Shown piece by piece: positions 8,010 through 22,955 of a stretch of 64,000 nucleotides of DNA (within the stretch, counting starts at the first letter, position 1; each line of letters opens with the position of its first letter). The notes beneath the pieces were generated by a model. The model was given only the letters and a program-made list of their open reading frames with translations. It did no database searches and had not been told where the DNA came from. Origin of the DNA: an uncultured Gemmatimonadaceae bacterium. Its GTDB lineage: Bacteria; Gemmatimonadota; Gemmatimonadetes; Gemmatimonadales; Gemmatimonadaceae. The translations under genes and the position numbers were made by a program. Where the stretch lies: NCBI GenBank assembly GCA_963829055.1, contig CAWHHI010000016.1, positions 352,001 to 416,000 of the forward strand, given 5' to 3'.

Positions 8010-9005
8010 ATGACCGACGTCGTCGCGCTCTGCGCCGAGCTGCTGTCCATTCAGTCGCCCACCGGCGGCGAAGGGAAGATCGTGGAATTCGTGTCGCGAC
8101 GCCTCGTGAGTCGCGGCTGGAACGTCACCGTGCAGGAGGTGACGCCCGGTCGTGGTAACATCTGGGCATCGCGCGGCGGAGGCGGAGTCACGCTTTCCAC
8201 GCATCTCGATACCGTTCCGCCGTATGTACCGCCGAAGATGGACGGTGACCGGCTGTACGGGCGCGGCGCCTGCGACGCCAAGGGAATCGCGGCCGCAATG
8301 CTTGCCGCCGCCGATCACCTCACCGATTCCGGCGAGGACCGCGTCGATCTCCTGCTTCTCGTTGGAGAGGAGAAGGGCTCCGACGGAGCACGGGCCGCGA
8401 ACCATCTCCCGGCAACGAGTCGATTCCTGATCAACGGTGAGCCGACAGAAAGCCGGCTCGCGAGCGGCGCCAAAGGATCGCTCCGCGTCACCGTGAAGAC
8501 GCGCGGTCGTGAAGCGCACTCGGCCTACCCGCAGCTCGGCCGGTCGGCGATCGAACCAATGCTCGAGCTGCTTCCGACCATCCGCTCCGTGTCGCTGCCG
8601 ACGGACGCCGTCCTTGGTGACACGACCGTGAACATCGGAACCATCCGCGGCGGCACCGAGGCGAACATCATTCCCGGTGAGTGCGAGGCCGAGCTGATGT
8701 TCCGACTCGTCGGCGATGTCGCACACGTGAAATCTCTCATCGAGAAGTGGGCCGGTGACCGGGCCGAGATCACGTACGGGTCGTACATCCCGGCGCAGCA
8801 TTTCCACGTCGTTCCGGGCTTCGACATCGCTCCGGTCGCGTACACCAGCGACATCCCGCTCCTTGGCCGTTGGGGAACCCCGCTGATGTTCGGGCCCGGC
8901 TCCATTCACGTCGCGCACACGCCTAACGAGCACATCGAGCTCAGGGAACTGCGTGACAGCGTCACCGTTTACGAGCGCCTGGTGCGCACGCTCCTCGCCG
9001 CATGA
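8010..9005 (+). CDS. M20 metallohydrolase (DapE/ArgE family)
   Basis: HLDTVPP, GRGACDAKG, GEE, GEPT, GPGSIHVAHTPNE; heads the DAP operon. Confidence 0.9.
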   Translation: MTDVVALCAELLSIQSPTGGEGKIVEFVSRRLVSRGWNVTVQEVTPGRGNIWASRGGGGVTLSTHLDTVPPYVPPKMDGDRLYGRGACDAKGIAAAMLAAADHLTDSGEDRVDLLLLVGEEKGSDGARAANHLPATSRFLINGEPTESRLASGAKGSLRVTVKTRGREAHSAYPQLGRSAIEPMLELLPTIRSVSLPTDAVLGDTTVNIGTIRGGTEANIIPGECEAELMFRLVGDVAHVKSLIEKWAGDRAEITYGSYIPAQHFHVVPGFDIAPVAYTSDIPLLGRWGTPLMFGPGSIHVAHTPNEHIELRELRDSVTVYERLVRTLLAA

Positions 9006-10081
9006 CGACCGAACGCACGCCTCCTGCCCGCCGAATTCCCGTCGCGATCCTCGGCGCCACTGGCGCGGTGGGACAGACGTTCATCCGCTGCCTGCGCGAC
9101 CACCCGTGGTTCGAGATCGCGGAGTTGGCCGCGTCGGAGCGCTCCGCGGGCAAGCCGTATCGCGAAGCCACGCGGTGGCTGGAAGGGCAACTACCGGACG
9201 CGCTCGCCGACCGTGTCGTATTGCCGTGCGACCCGGCCAAGCTCTCCGCGCCCATCGTGTTTTCGGCGCTCGACGCGGCAGCCGCCGGTGACCTCGAGCC
9301 GGCGTTCGCCCGATCCGGCGCGCTCGTGTTGAGCAACGCCAAGAACTTCCGCATGGATCCGGACGTACCGCTGGTGATCCCGGAGGTGAACGCCAGCCAT
9401 CTGGCGCTCCTCGAGACGCAGCGTCAATCGCGAGGCTGGTCGGGCGGCATCGTGACGAACGCGAATTGCGCCGCAACGGTCGCCACCGTGGCGCTGGCCC
9501 CGCTCCATGAGGCGTTTGGCGTTAGGCAGGTGTTCGCCGTAACCATGCAGGCGGTATCCGGCGCCGGATACCCCGGCGTGCCGTCCCTCGACATCCTCGG
9601 CAACGTCATCCCGTACATCGGAGAAGAGGAGCCGAAGATCGAGCGGGAGATGCCGAAGATGCTCGGCTGCGTGGAAGGCGGCGCTCTCGTGCCCGCTCCA
9701 ATGCGCGTCAGCGCTCACGCGAACCGCGTCGCGGTGGAGCATGGCCATACGGTCTGCATGTCGGTCAAGTTCGAACAGTCACCGTCGCCCGAAGACGCAC
9801 TGCGTGTGCTGTCCGAATGGCGCGGCGATCCGACGGTGCGAGGCCTGCCGAGCGCCCCTGAACGTGTGCTGCTCGTGACGGACGCGCCCGATCGCCCCCA
9901 ACCTCGCCGTGACGTCGGGACCGGCGCCGGCATGACGGTCGTCGTCGGACGCGTTCGGTCGGACCCGCAGTTGGATCTGAGGCTCGTCGCGTTAGGCCAC
10001 AACACGATACGCGGCGCCGCCGGCGGCTCTGTGCTCAACGCCGAGCTGCTGGTCGCCACCGGCGTGATCAGCCGGGCATGA
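9002..10081 (+). CDS. asd: Aspartate-semialdehyde dehydrogenase (archaeal/eukaryote-like subtype)
   Basis: GATGAVG, NANC, QAVSGAG, HNTIRGAAG. Confidence 0.97.
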   Translation: MTTERTPPARRIPVAILGATGAVGQTFIRCLRDHPWFEIAELAASERSAGKPYREATRWLEGQLPDALADRVVLPCDPAKLSAPIVFSALDAAAAGDLEPAFARSGALVLSNAKNFRMDPDVPLVIPEVNASHLALLETQRQSRGWSGGIVTNANCAATVATVALAPLHEAFGVRQVFAVTMQAVSGAGYPGVPSLDILGNVIPYIGEEEPKIEREMPKMLGCVEGGALVPAPMRVSAHANRVAVEHGHTVCMSVKFEQSPSPEDALRVLSEWRGDPTVRGLPSAPERVLLVTDAPDRPQPRRDVGTGAGMTVVVGRVRSDPQLDLRLVALGHNTIRGAAGGSVLNAELLVATGVISRA

Positions 10082-11435
10082 TCGTCGTCAAGTTCGGTGG
10101 CACGTCCGTCGGCGACGCGGCAGCCATCGAACGCGCGGCCGAGATCGTGCGCGGCCGGCTGGCTCGCCGTCCACTCGTCGTCGTGTCCGCGCTCGCGGGG
10201 ACCACCAACACGCTGCTCGCGATAGCGGAGCAGGCAGAGAAGGGTCAGCTCATCGGAGCGCTCCGCGGCGTCGAGGGACTTCGCGAGCGCCACCTGGCGG
10301 AGACGTCGCAGCTTCTCGGAGACAGCGGTATCGGAGCCGAGATCGGTGCCGACCTGAGCGCGATGTTCGATGAGCTCGCGAGCCTCGCGGAAGCGCTGTC
10401 CGTGCTCGGCCACATGACGCCGCGGAGTCTCGACGCAATCGCATCCATCGGCGAGCGTCTCTCGTCGCACCTCGTGGTCGCCGTCCTCTGTGAGCGCGGC
10501 GTGCCAGCGCAGCTCATCGACGCCGGTGACGTCATGATCACCGACGACCACTACACGCGCGCCGAGCCGCAACCGGAGCTGATCGCCGACGCGACGCAGC
10601 GAATCATTCGTCCGCTGCTGGCCGCCGGGACAACTCCCGTCGTCGGCGGCTTTGTCGGCGCGACAGCGGCCGGCATTACGACGACGTTAGGCCGCGGTGG
10701 CAGCGACTACAGTGCGGCCTTATTCGGTGCCGCGCTCCGCGCCGAGGCGATCGAGATCTGGACCGATGTGGACGGCATGCTCACGGCCGATCCGCGCGTC
10801 GTCGACGGCGCACGGCTGATCGAGCAGATCCGTTTCGACGAAGCGTCCGAGCTGGCGTCGTTCGGCGCCAAGGTCCTGCACCCGAGCACGATCGCGCCGG
10901 CCGTCCGCATCGGCATTCCAGTTTACATCTACAACTCGCGTCGCCCCGACGGGTGCGGGACGCGCATCACGTTCGACGCGCCGCGCCGGCCCGGTGAGCG
11001 CTATCGCGGGGAAGAAAGACGTGTCGCTGATCCGCATCCGCACGCCGCGGATGTTGCTCGCGCACGGATTCCTGCGGCGGATTTTCGAGATCTTCGACGA
11101 GAATCGCACGTCGGTCGACGTGGTCGCGACGTCCGAGGTCTCCGTCTCTATGACGATCGACGATGCCACTCACCTCGACGCGCTGCTCGGATCGCTCACC
11201 GCGCTCGGCGATGTTTCCGTCGAACGGAACCGTGGCATTGTCGCGTTGGTCGGCGCCGGACTCGGCGACAGTACCGCGACAATGGCGAGGGCGCTCGCGG
11301 CGCTCGACACGATCAAGGTGCACATGGTTTCACTCAGCTCGGGCGGGATCAATCTCACGCTCCTCGTCGACGGCGATCAGGTCCTCGACGCTATGCGACG
11401 GCTTCACACCGCGTTCTTCCCACCGAGCCCAATGA
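10078..11435 (+). CDS. lysC: Aspartate kinase (frameshift near 10990)
   Basis: KFGGTSV, TLGRGGSDY, GAKVLHP; ACT domains in ORF 10994. Confidence 0.93.
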
Positions 11436-12142
11436 GCGACCTGCGTCTCGCGATCGTCGGTGACGGTAAGATGGGCCGCGCGATTCATGACCTCGCGCGC
11501 GAGCGATCGTTCGCCGTCACCGCGACGATCGGCGCCGCCGACAACGCCGGCGGGTCGGCTTTGACTCGCGAGCGGCTGGGTGACGCCGAAGTCGTGATCG
11601 AGTTCACGGAAGCAGACGCGGCGCCGTCGAACATTCTTGCAGCGGTGCGCGCGGGCTATCCCGTTGTCACTGGCACGACAGGCTGGGGCGACCGACTCGA
11701 GAGCGTCACCCGAGAAGTACATGGGTTGAACGGCGCGCTCGTGCATGCGCCTAACTTCTCGATCGGTGTGAATCTGTTTCTCGCGCTGGCGGCCGCGGCA
11801 GGTCGCGTTATGCATCACGCTCCGGAATTCGATCCCCACATCGTGGAGACCCACCACGCGGCCAAGAAGGACGCGCCGTCCGGTACGGCGATCGCGCTCG
11901 AGCGTGCCGTGCGCGGGCCGTTGGGCAGAGCCGTTGACATCACGAGCGTTCGCACGGGCCACGTCCCCGGCACGCATGAGCTGTCGTTCGACGGTGCATT
12001 CGAGCATATCCGACTCACGCACATGGCTCGTGATCGTCGCGTGTTCGCCGACGGCGCATTGCGGGCCGCGGGTTGGGTGCGCGGTCGTCGCGGCGTGTTC
12101 ACCATGCGGGACGTGCTCGATCTGGGAGCGGAGGCCGTCTGA
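11432..12142 (+). CDS. dapB: 4-hydroxy-tetrahydrodipicolinate reductase
   Basis: GKMG, GTTG, ETHHAAKKDAPSGTA. Confidence 0.95.
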   Translation: MSDLRLAIVGDGKMGRAIHDLARERSFAVTATIGAADNAGGSALTRERLGDAEVVIEFTEADAAPSNILAAVRAGYPVVTGTTGWGDRLESVTREVHGLNGALVHAPNFSIGVNLFLALAAAAGRVMHHAPEFDPHIVETHHAAKKDAPSGTAIALERAVRGPLGRAVDITSVRTGHVPGTHELSFDGAFEHIRLTHMARDRRVFADGALRAAGWVRGRRGVFTMRDVLDLGAEAV

Positions 12143-13032
12143 TGTCCACAATGCTGCGCGGGTGTGGCACCGCGCTCGTCACACCGTTCACCGCGAGCGG
12201 CGCCGTCGACGAGGGTGCGCTGCGGCGCTTCGTCGAGTGGCAGATCGCGGAAGGCGTCCACTTTCTCGTCCCGTGCGGATCGACCGGTGAGGCAGCCACG
12301 CTCACGACGGCCGAGCAGCGTCGAGTCGTCGAGATCACGGTCGACGTGGCGGAGGGAAGGGTCCCCATCGTGGCTGGCGCGGGGTCCAACGATACGGCAC
12401 GTGCGATCGCGCTGTCACGCGAGATGCGAGACGCGGGAGCGACGCATCTGCTTCACGTCTCGCCGGCGTACAACAAGCCGCCGCAGCGCGGCATCATCGC
12501 GCACTTCCGCGCGATCGCGGACGCCGTCGATCTGCCCATCGTGTTGTACAATGTGCCGGGACGCACGGCCAGCAACATCGAGGCGCGAACGACGCTCGCG
12601 CTCGCCGAGCATCCGCGCATTGTCGCCATCAAGGAAGCGTCGGGGAATCTGGCGCAGGTCACGACCATCCTGCGGCACCGACCCGACGACTTCAGCGTCC
12701 TGTCCGGCGACGACGCCCTGACGCTGGCTGTGATGGCGGCTGGCGGCGATGGCGTGATCTCCGTCGTGAGCAATGCCACCCCGCGACTGATGGCACGGCT
12801 CACGGACTTCTGCGCGAGCGGCGACTTCGCCGAGGCGCGCGCGCTCGCCATGCGTCTCACGCCGTGGTTCGAGGCTGCGTTCATCGATTCCAATCCAATT
12901 CCCGTGAAGGCTGCACTGTCGATGATGGGCAAGATGGAGAACGTGCTTCGATTGCCGCTCGTCCCGCTCACCAGCGAGCACGAGGCGCCGCTGCGCGCCG
13001 CGCTGGCCGGAGTGGAGGCGCTGTCACCATGA
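12142..13032 (+). CDS. dapA: 4-hydroxy-tetrahydrodipicolinate synthase
   Basis: GSTGE, YNVPGRT, IKEASG, NPIPVK. Confidence 0.97.
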   Translation: MSTMLRGCGTALVTPFTASGAVDEGALRRFVEWQIAEGVHFLVPCGSTGEAATLTTAEQRRVVEITVDVAEGRVPIVAGAGSNDTARAIALSREMRDAGATHLLHVSPAYNKPPQRGIIAHFRAIADAVDLPIVLYNVPGRTASNIEARTTLALAEHPRIVAIKEASGNLAQVTTILRHRPDDFSVLSGDDALTLAVMAAGGDGVISVVSNATPRLMARLTDFCASGDFAEARALAMRLTPWFEAAFIDSNPIPVKAALSMMGKMENVLRLPLVPLTSEHEAPLRAALAGVEALSP

Positions 13033-13904
13033 CGGTGGTCACGAGCAACGCGCTCGCCGAGCGCATCGAGGCGATCGCGTCAACGCCGCAGGGCACCCCG
13101 TTGCCTAACGATACCGAGTCCGTCGTCTACGAGCTGCTCGGTGCGCTGGAGCGTGGCGAGTTGCGCGCGGCCGAGCGCGCCGCGGACGGGACGTGGAATG
13201 CGGTGCCCTGGGTCAAGCGAGGTATCCTGCTGGGATTTCGCGTTGGCCGCGTCGTAGCGATGCCCGAGGACGGAATCGACCACGGGCCAGACCAGCCCGC
13301 GGCATTCTTCGACAAGCACACGTTTCCGCCGCGGGCATTGACGTTGAAGGACAGCGTGCGTGTCGTACCCGGCGGCACATCCATCAGGCGTGGGACGTAC
13401 GTGGCGCCGGGCGTCGTGTGCATGCCGCCGGCCTACATCAACGTCGGCGCGTACGTGGGCGCGGGAACCATGATCGATTCGCACGCGCTTGTCGGGTCGT
13501 GCGCGCAGATTGGCGAACGCGTGCATCTGAGCGCCGCGGCGCAGATTGGCGGAGTGCTCGAGCCGGTGAACGCCGCGCCCGTCATCATCGAGAGTGACGC
13601 GATCGTCGGCGGGAATTGCGGCGTATACGAAGGAACGATCGTCAGGGCGCGCGCGGTCCTCGGGGCAGGAGTGGTGCTCACCCGCGGCACGCCAGTGTTC
13701 GACCTCGTGCGCGAGCGCGTGTATCGCGCTGAAGGCGGCCGACCACTCGAGATTCCCGAAGGAGCAGTGGTGGTGCCGGGCGCGCGGGCAGTGCGTGGCC
13801 AGTGGGCGGCAGCTGAAGGTCTCTCGTTGCAGACCCCACTGATCGTCAAGTACCGTGACGAGAAGACAGACCTGGCGACCGCGTTGGAGCAGTGGTTGCG
13901 ATGA
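13029..13904 (+). CDS. dapD: Tetrahydrodipicolinate N-succinyltransferase
   Basis: WVKRGILLGF, GSCAQIG, IGGVLEP hexapeptide repeats. Confidence 0.95.
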   Translation: MTVVTSNALAERIEAIASTPQGTPLPNDTESVVYELLGALERGELRAAERAADGTWNAVPWVKRGILLGFRVGRVVAMPEDGIDHGPDQPAAFFDKHTFPPRALTLKDSVRVVPGGTSIRRGTYVAPGVVCMPPAYINVGAYVGAGTMIDSHALVGSCAQIGERVHLSAAAQIGGVLEPVNAAPVIIESDAIVGGNCGVYEGTIVRARAVLGAGVVLTRGTPVFDLVRERVYRAEGGRPLEIPEGAVVVPGARAVRGQWAAAEGLSLQTPLIVKYRDEKTDLATALEQWLR

Positions 13905-15179
13905 CCTCCCATCCGGCCTCACTCGCGATCCGTGTACCGGGCGACAAGTCGATCTCGCACCGCGCCCTCATCTGTGCCGCGCTCGCGAGCGGCCGGTCGC
14001 GCATTCGCAACATACTGCCATCGGCCGACGTGCATTCGACGGCAGGAGTTCTGCGCGCGTTAGGCGTGACGATCCCGCCACTCGGGCACGACGTTCGTGT
14101 CGACGGGCGTGGTCTCGGTGCTCTCGAAGCCGCGAGCGAGCCGCTCGACTGCGGAAACAGCGGCACGACGGCGCGCCTCATGACCGGCGTGCTGAGCGGA
14201 CACCAGTTCGCGAGCCGCCTCATCGGCGATGCGAGTCTCAGCCGACGTCCGATGGCGCGTGTTGCTCGCCCGCTCGAGGCCATGGGCGCGCGCTTCACGT
14301 TCGAGGACGGGGATCATCTGCCGATGGTCGTGACTGGCGGACAATTGCGTTCGATCGACTGGCCGAGCCCGACGGCGAGCGCGCAGGTCAAGAGCGCGAT
14401 TCTCTTCGCGGGGCTCGTGGCGCGGCGTTCCTGTGTCCGTCACGGAGCCCATCCGCTCCCGCGACCATACCGAGCGCATGCTGGCGTCTCTTGGCGTCGA
14501 GATCCGTTCGTGTGGCGGTGAAGCGTCGCTCACGCCGGCGTCCGAGCTGCCTTCATTCCAGATCGACGTTCCGGCGGATCCATCGTCGGCGGCGTTCCTC
14601 GCCGCGCTCGCCGCGGCGGGAGGGGTAGGGAGCGGCACGCCCGTCGCGCTGACAGATGTCGCGTTGAATCCGACGAGGCTCGGGTTCTTTCGCACGCTGC
14701 GCGACATGGGCGCCGACGTGGAGTGGGAAGTAGAGCGCGAGGAGTGCGGCGAGCCGGTCGGCACCATCACGGTCACCGCGCGTGGGTTGCGCGCGGTGCG
14801 CGTGGCCGGCCAGGACGTTCCGGCGATGATCGATGAGCTGCCGCTTCTCGCGTGTCTGGCGACGCGCGCCGATGGCGAAACGGAGATCCGTGGCGCGAGC
14901 GAGCTCCGGGTCAAGGAAAGCGATCGGATTGCGGCGGTCGTCGCCAACCTTCGCGCCGTCGGCGCGGATGCGGACGAGCTTCCCGACGGGCTGCGCGTGC
15001 GCGGGCCGACGTTGTCGTTAGGCGGTCAGGTGCGGGCGCACGGGGATCACCGGCTGGCGATGGCGTTCGGTGTGCTTGGCGCGCTGTCTGGCGACGCGAT
15101 CGTTGTGGACGATCCCGACTGTGTCTCGGTCTCGTATCCGGGATTCTGGTCGGATCTGGCGCGACTGACGGATGAGTAA
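13901..15179 (+). CDS. aroA: EPSP synthase (frameshift near 14430)
   Basis: PGDKSISHR, GNSGTT, SAQVKSA, RDHTERML, ELRVKESDR, DHRLAMAF. Confidence 0.95.
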
Positions 15180-15894
15180 AGACGCATTGCCGGACACGCC
15201 GGTCGTCATCGCGATCGATGGACCCGCCGCGTCAGGCAAGTCGTCCACCGCCCACTGGGTTGCATCGGTGCTCCGGTATCGACACGTCGATTCGGGCGCA
15301 TTGTACCGCGCCGCAACGGCGGCGGCCGTGCGCAGCGGAGTGTCACCCAGCGAATGGACGGAGGCGTTCGTGCTCGACGCTGCCGCCGGCATCAGCCTCA
15401 GTCCGCGCGACACGTCGTTCGCGCCGTGCATCGACGGCAAGGACATCGAGGCCGAGATCCGCGGACCCGAGGTGACACGGTTCGTATCCCAAGTAGCGCA
15501 GATGCCGCTCGTTCGCGCCTGGGTGAACTCGCTCGTGAGGGACACGGCGCGCCGGCACGATGTCGTCGTCGATGGCCGAGACATGGGCACCGCCGTTTTT
15601 CCCGACGCCACGCTCAAGGTGTTCCTGATCGCCGACCCGTGGGAGCGCGCCCGTCGGCGGTTGACGCAGCAGATCGGCCGTCGACCCACCGAGGCGGAAA
15701 TCGCAGAAGAGACGGATCGCATCGTCCACCGCGACGCGCAGGACGCAACCCAGACCGTTCAGGCGAAGGACGCCGTCCTGATCGATACGACCTACCTGAC
15801 GCAGCCTGAGCAAGTAGACCGCATCGTCGCGCTGGCGAGGGCCGTAACTCAGCGTGGAAGCGAAACTTCCCCCGTTGACGGGCATATAGGCTGA
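15172..15894 (+). CDS. cmk: Cytidylate kinase
   Basis: IDGPAASGKSS, DSGALYR, DGRDMGT. Confidence 0.97.
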   Translation: MSKDALPDTPVVIAIDGPAASGKSSTAHWVASVLRYRHVDSGALYRAATAAAVRSGVSPSEWTEAFVLDAAAGISLSPRDTSFAPCIDGKDIEAEIRGPEVTRFVSQVAQMPLVRAWVNSLVRDTARRHDVVVDGRDMGTAVFPDATLKVFLIADPWERARRRLTQQIGRRPTEAEIAEETDRIVHRDAQDATQTVQAKDAVLIDTTYLTQPEQVDRIVALARAVTQRGSETSPVDGHIG

Positions 15895-15903
15895 CAATAC
15901 ATT
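15875..15903 (+). promoter_or_regulatory. Sigma70-type promoter of rpsA
   Basis: TTGACG-17 nt-TACATT. Confidence 0.7.
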
Positions 15904-16037
15904 TGACGGTTCGCGCGAATCGGACCTGAGATCCGTCCCACAAGGGCGGCTTTTGGGGCCGGCTTCGTTTCCCGTTCTGCACTTCGACTCGTCGCGGCGA
16001 GCCTAAAGATCCGCGGTCCAGGAGAATACTCATCGGT

Positions 16038-17846
<1,809 letters not shown>

Positions 17847-17870
17847 CGCCAGGCAGGCACCAGCGAATAC

Positions 17871-17912
17871 CAGCGGGACGCTTTCACAGTCGAAAGCGTC
17901 CCGCTGTGTTTT
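17871..17912 (+). terminator. rpsA intrinsic terminator
   Basis: 15-bp stem CAGCGGGACGCTTTC/GAAAGCGTCCCGCTG + TGTTTT. Confidence 0.85.
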
Positions 17913-17921
17913 CGAGCTCAC

Positions 17922-17944
17922 GCTGATAGCTGATCGCTGATAGC
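17922..17944. repeat. Heptamer tandem repeat (GCTGAT[A/C])x3
   Basis: GCTGATA GCTGATC GCTGATA GC; same family as the arms at 60455 and 60992. Confidence 0.75.
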
Positions 17945-17964
17945 CCCATTAGCTTCACGCCTCT

Positions 17965-19514
17965 ATGACCATGCGAGAAAAGCTCGATCTGCTCGAACGG
18001 CGGCGCGCCGAATCCGAGCAGGGCGGAGGCGCTGAGCGCGTCAAGGCACAGCACGACAAGGGGAAGCTGTCGGCGCGCGAGCGACTCGACGTGCTGCTCG
18101 ACGAGGGGAGCTTTGTCGAGTTCGACCGCTTCGTGACCCACCGCTCGACCGACTTCGGCCTCGATCGGATCAAGACATACGGTGACGGCGTCGTGACCGG
18201 CTACGGCCGGATCGACGGCCGGCTCGTCTACGTCTTCTCCCAGGACTTCACCGTGTTCGGCGGGTCCCTCTCGGAGGCGTTTGCGGAGAAGATCTGCAAG
18301 GTGATGGACCTCGCGCTGCGGAATGGCGCGCCGATGATCGGGCTGAACGACTCGGGAGGCGCCCGCATCCAGGAAGGGGTCGTGTCGTTAGGTGGGTACG
18401 CCGACATCTTCCTCCGCAACACGTTGGCGTCCGGCGTGATTCCACAGATCTCCGCCGTGCTCGGCCCGTGTGCCGGTGGCGCGGTGTACTCGCCGGCGAT
18501 CACGGACTTCACGTACATGGTCCGGGGGACGTCGTACATGTTCGTCACCGGACCGAACGTCGTGAAGACGGTCACGCACGAAGACGTGACCATGGAGCAG
18601 CTCGGTGGCGCCGACACGCACGCCGGCACGTCAGGCGTCGCGCACTTCGCGCATGACTCGGAGCTGGCGTCGCTGCAGGCCATCCGTGAGCTGTTCCGCT
18701 ACGTGCCGTCGAACAACCTCGACGATCCACCGCGCGGGACCGGCCGGGATCCTCGCGATCGCCGCGAGGAGTCGCTCATCGACGTCGTGCCCGATAACGC
18801 GAACAAGCCGTACGACATGCACGAGGTCATCACGCGCATCGTCGACGACGGCGAGTTTTATGAAGTGCACGGTGCGTACGCAGGAAATATTCTGTGCGGC
18901 TTCGCGCACCTGGGCGGCTACAGCGTCGGGATCGTCGCGAATCAGCCGGCTGTGCTCGCGGGGGTGCTGGACATCAACGCATCGGTCAAGGCAGCGCGCT
19001 TCGTTCGGTTCTGTGATGCGTTCAACATCCCGATCGTCACGTTCGAGGACGTGCCAGGGTTTCTGCCCGGCGTTATGCAGGAGCACAACGGCATCATCCG
19101 ACACGGGGCGAAGCTGCTGTACGCGTACTGCGAGGCCACGGTGCCGAAGCTCACCGTCATCACGCGCAAGGCTTACGGCGGTGCGTATGACGTCATGAGC
19201 TCGAAGCACATTCGCGGCGACTTCAATGTCGCCTGGCCGACCGCCGAGATCGCGGTCATGGGCCCCAAGGGCGCCGTCGAGATTCTGTTTCGCCGCGAGA
19301 TCGCCGAGAGCGGCGACGGCGTGGCTGCGACTGATGCCAAGGTGCGCGAGTACTCCGAGAAGTTCGCGAACCCGTACGTCGCGGCGAGTCGCGGATACGT
19401 CGACGATATCATCGATCCGCGCGACACGCGGCCGCGCCTTATCGATGCGCTGAGCACGCTCGAGCGAAAGCGCGACCGCAATCCGCCAAAGAAGCACGGG
19501 AACATCCCGCTGTA

Positions 19515-19515
<1 letters not shown>
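17965..19515 (+). CDS. pccB: Acyl-CoA (propionyl-CoA-type) carboxylase carboxyltransferase subunit
   Basis: [38 protein letters not shown]. Confidence 0.93.
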
Positions 19516-21063
<1,548 letters not shown>

Positions 21064-21067
<4 letters not shown>

Positions 21068-22321
21068 CAACCGCTCGCGTTCACGTCGAGTCCATCGCAG
21101 CCGGCGGAGACGGCGTCGCGAGGAGCGAAGGCATGGCTGTCTTCATACCGAGGACCGCACCTGGCGACACTGTGGATGCGCGGCTCGACGTGCGCGGGAG
21201 GTTCGCACGCGGAGCGGTGTTGTCGATCGTCGAACCATCTCCCGAGCGCGTAGACCCGCCGTGCGTGCACTACACGCGTGATCGCTGCGGCGGATGTCAG
21301 ATCCAGCATCTCGGGTACGATGCGCAGCTGAGCGCCAAGAGCACGATCGTTCGCGACGCAATGCAGCGCATCGGCAAGCGCTCCGTTGATGCCGTGGACG
21401 TCCGACCGAGTCCGGCGCCCTGGGCGTACCGCACGAAGCTCACGCTCGCGCTCCGCTGGCGCGGTGATCGCTTGATCGCGGGTCTCCATCCGTTCGACAG
21501 ACCCGATGCGGTGTTCCAGCTCGAGGAGTGCCTCATCACGGACGATCGCGTTGTGGCCATCTGGAAGCAGATTTTCGCTGCGGCGTCGCTTCTTCCGAGA
21601 GCCGCGCAGCTCCGCGGCGCGGTTCGCCTGACGACGGACGGCGCGTCGTTCGTGCTCGAAGGCGGAAGCCAGTGGTCAACGGCTGAAGCGTTCGGCCAAG
21701 CGCGTACCGGCGCTGTCGACGGTGTGGTGGGAGCCGGACGGACAGAGACGTCGATTGCTCGTGGACCGGCGCACGGGCGACGTGGGCGCATCGGAGGCTC
21801 ACGACGCGAAGTCGCCCGACGCGTCGTTCACGCAGGTGAATGCGGCGGGGGCGGAGCAGCTTCACGCCTACGTGATTGGAGTCGCCAGGGCGCATGCGCC
21901 AGCGGTCGTCATCGACGCGTACGCGGGGGCGGGCGCGACAGCTATCGCGCTCGCCGGCGCTGGCATGCGCGTGACCGCGATCGAGCTTGATGCCGCCGCC
22001 GCGAGGTGGGTTGCGGCGCACCTCCCACCGGGGTCTCGCGCGATTGTCGGGCGTGTCGAGGACGTTATCGGCGACGCGCTGCCGGCCGATGTCGTGATCC
22101 TCAACCCGCCGCGTGCCGGCGTCGATGAGCGAGTCACATCGGCGTTACAGGAGGCGACGCCGCCGCGCGCGATCGTCTACGTCAGCTGCAACCCGGCTAC
22201 GCTCGCGCGCGACGTACAGCGCCTGTCCCGGTACCGCATCGCGTCCATGTTGTCGTTCGACATGTTCCCACAGACCGCGCACGTCGAGACGGTGTGCGAG
22301 CTCGTTCCGGAGGCCGCGTGA
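21064..22321 (+). CDS. rlmD: TRAM-domain 23S rRNA m5U methyltransferase (frameshift near 21700)
   Basis: C..CGGCQ Fe-S motif, NPPRAG, YVSCNPATLARD, DMFPQTAHVE. Confidence 0.9.
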
Positions 22322-22818
22322 AATACCTCGTCGACGTTGCCGGCAGGACCGTGGAGGTCGAGCTCGACGCCAATGGCGTTCGTGTGGACGGGACCGAGGT
22401 CGAGGCACATCTGGCTGACCTCCCGGGTACGCCCATCGCGTTGCTTACCATTGGCGATGAGGTACACCGCGTGGCGGTGGCGCGAGGCGCATCGCGCGGA
22501 CGGTACGCGCTCTCGCTCGACGGCTGGCGTTACGACGTCGAGGCGCTGGACGAGCGAACCCACGCGATCCGGCAACTCTCGGCGGCCACGTCGGGGCCGG
22601 CGGGGCCCGCGCCGTTGATTGCGCCAATGCCGGGGCTGATCGTGCGCGTGAACGTCGAAGTCGGGAGCGTGGTTCAGGCCGGCCAGGGCCTCATCGTGAT
22701 GGAGGCGATGAAGATGGAGAACGAGCTCCGCTCGGCGGCCGCGGGGGTCGTAAAGTCCGTCCGGGTGAAGCCCGGCGTTGCCGTGGAGCGGGGCGCGACG
22801 CTGGTGGAGCTCGAGTAG
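22318..22818 (+). CDS. Biotin carboxyl carrier protein
   Basis: APMPG..EAMKMENE. Confidence 0.93.
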   Translation: MKYLVDVAGRTVEVELDANGVRVDGTEVEAHLADLPGTPIALLTIGDEVHRVAVARGASRGRYALSLDGWRYDVEALDERTHAIRQLSAATSGPAGPAPLIAPMPGLIVRVNVEVGSVVQAGQGLIVMEAMKMENELRSAAAGVVKSVRVKPGVAVERGATLVELE

Positions 22819-22838
22819 CGAGCCACTTTTCACGTCGG

Positions 22839-22867
22839 TTGACAACACGTAAATGCTTGTCTAGCTT
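22839..22867 (+). promoter_or_regulatory. Sigma70-type promoter of rplM-rpsI
   Basis: TTGACA-17 nt-TAGCTT. Confidence 0.75.
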
Positions 22868-22955
22868 ACGTGTCTGCCAAAATCAGGATAGCCCGGTCCG
22901 CCACTGGCGCCAAGCGCCAGGGTGCGGGCCGTTCACGTTCGGATTCGTATTCTCA

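Noticed and set aside
10994..12142. Apparent ACT-domain/DapB (LysC-DapB) fusion
   Set aside because: Removing one base near 11431 restores a normal ATGA stop/start overlap like the rest of the operon; likely an indel artefact.
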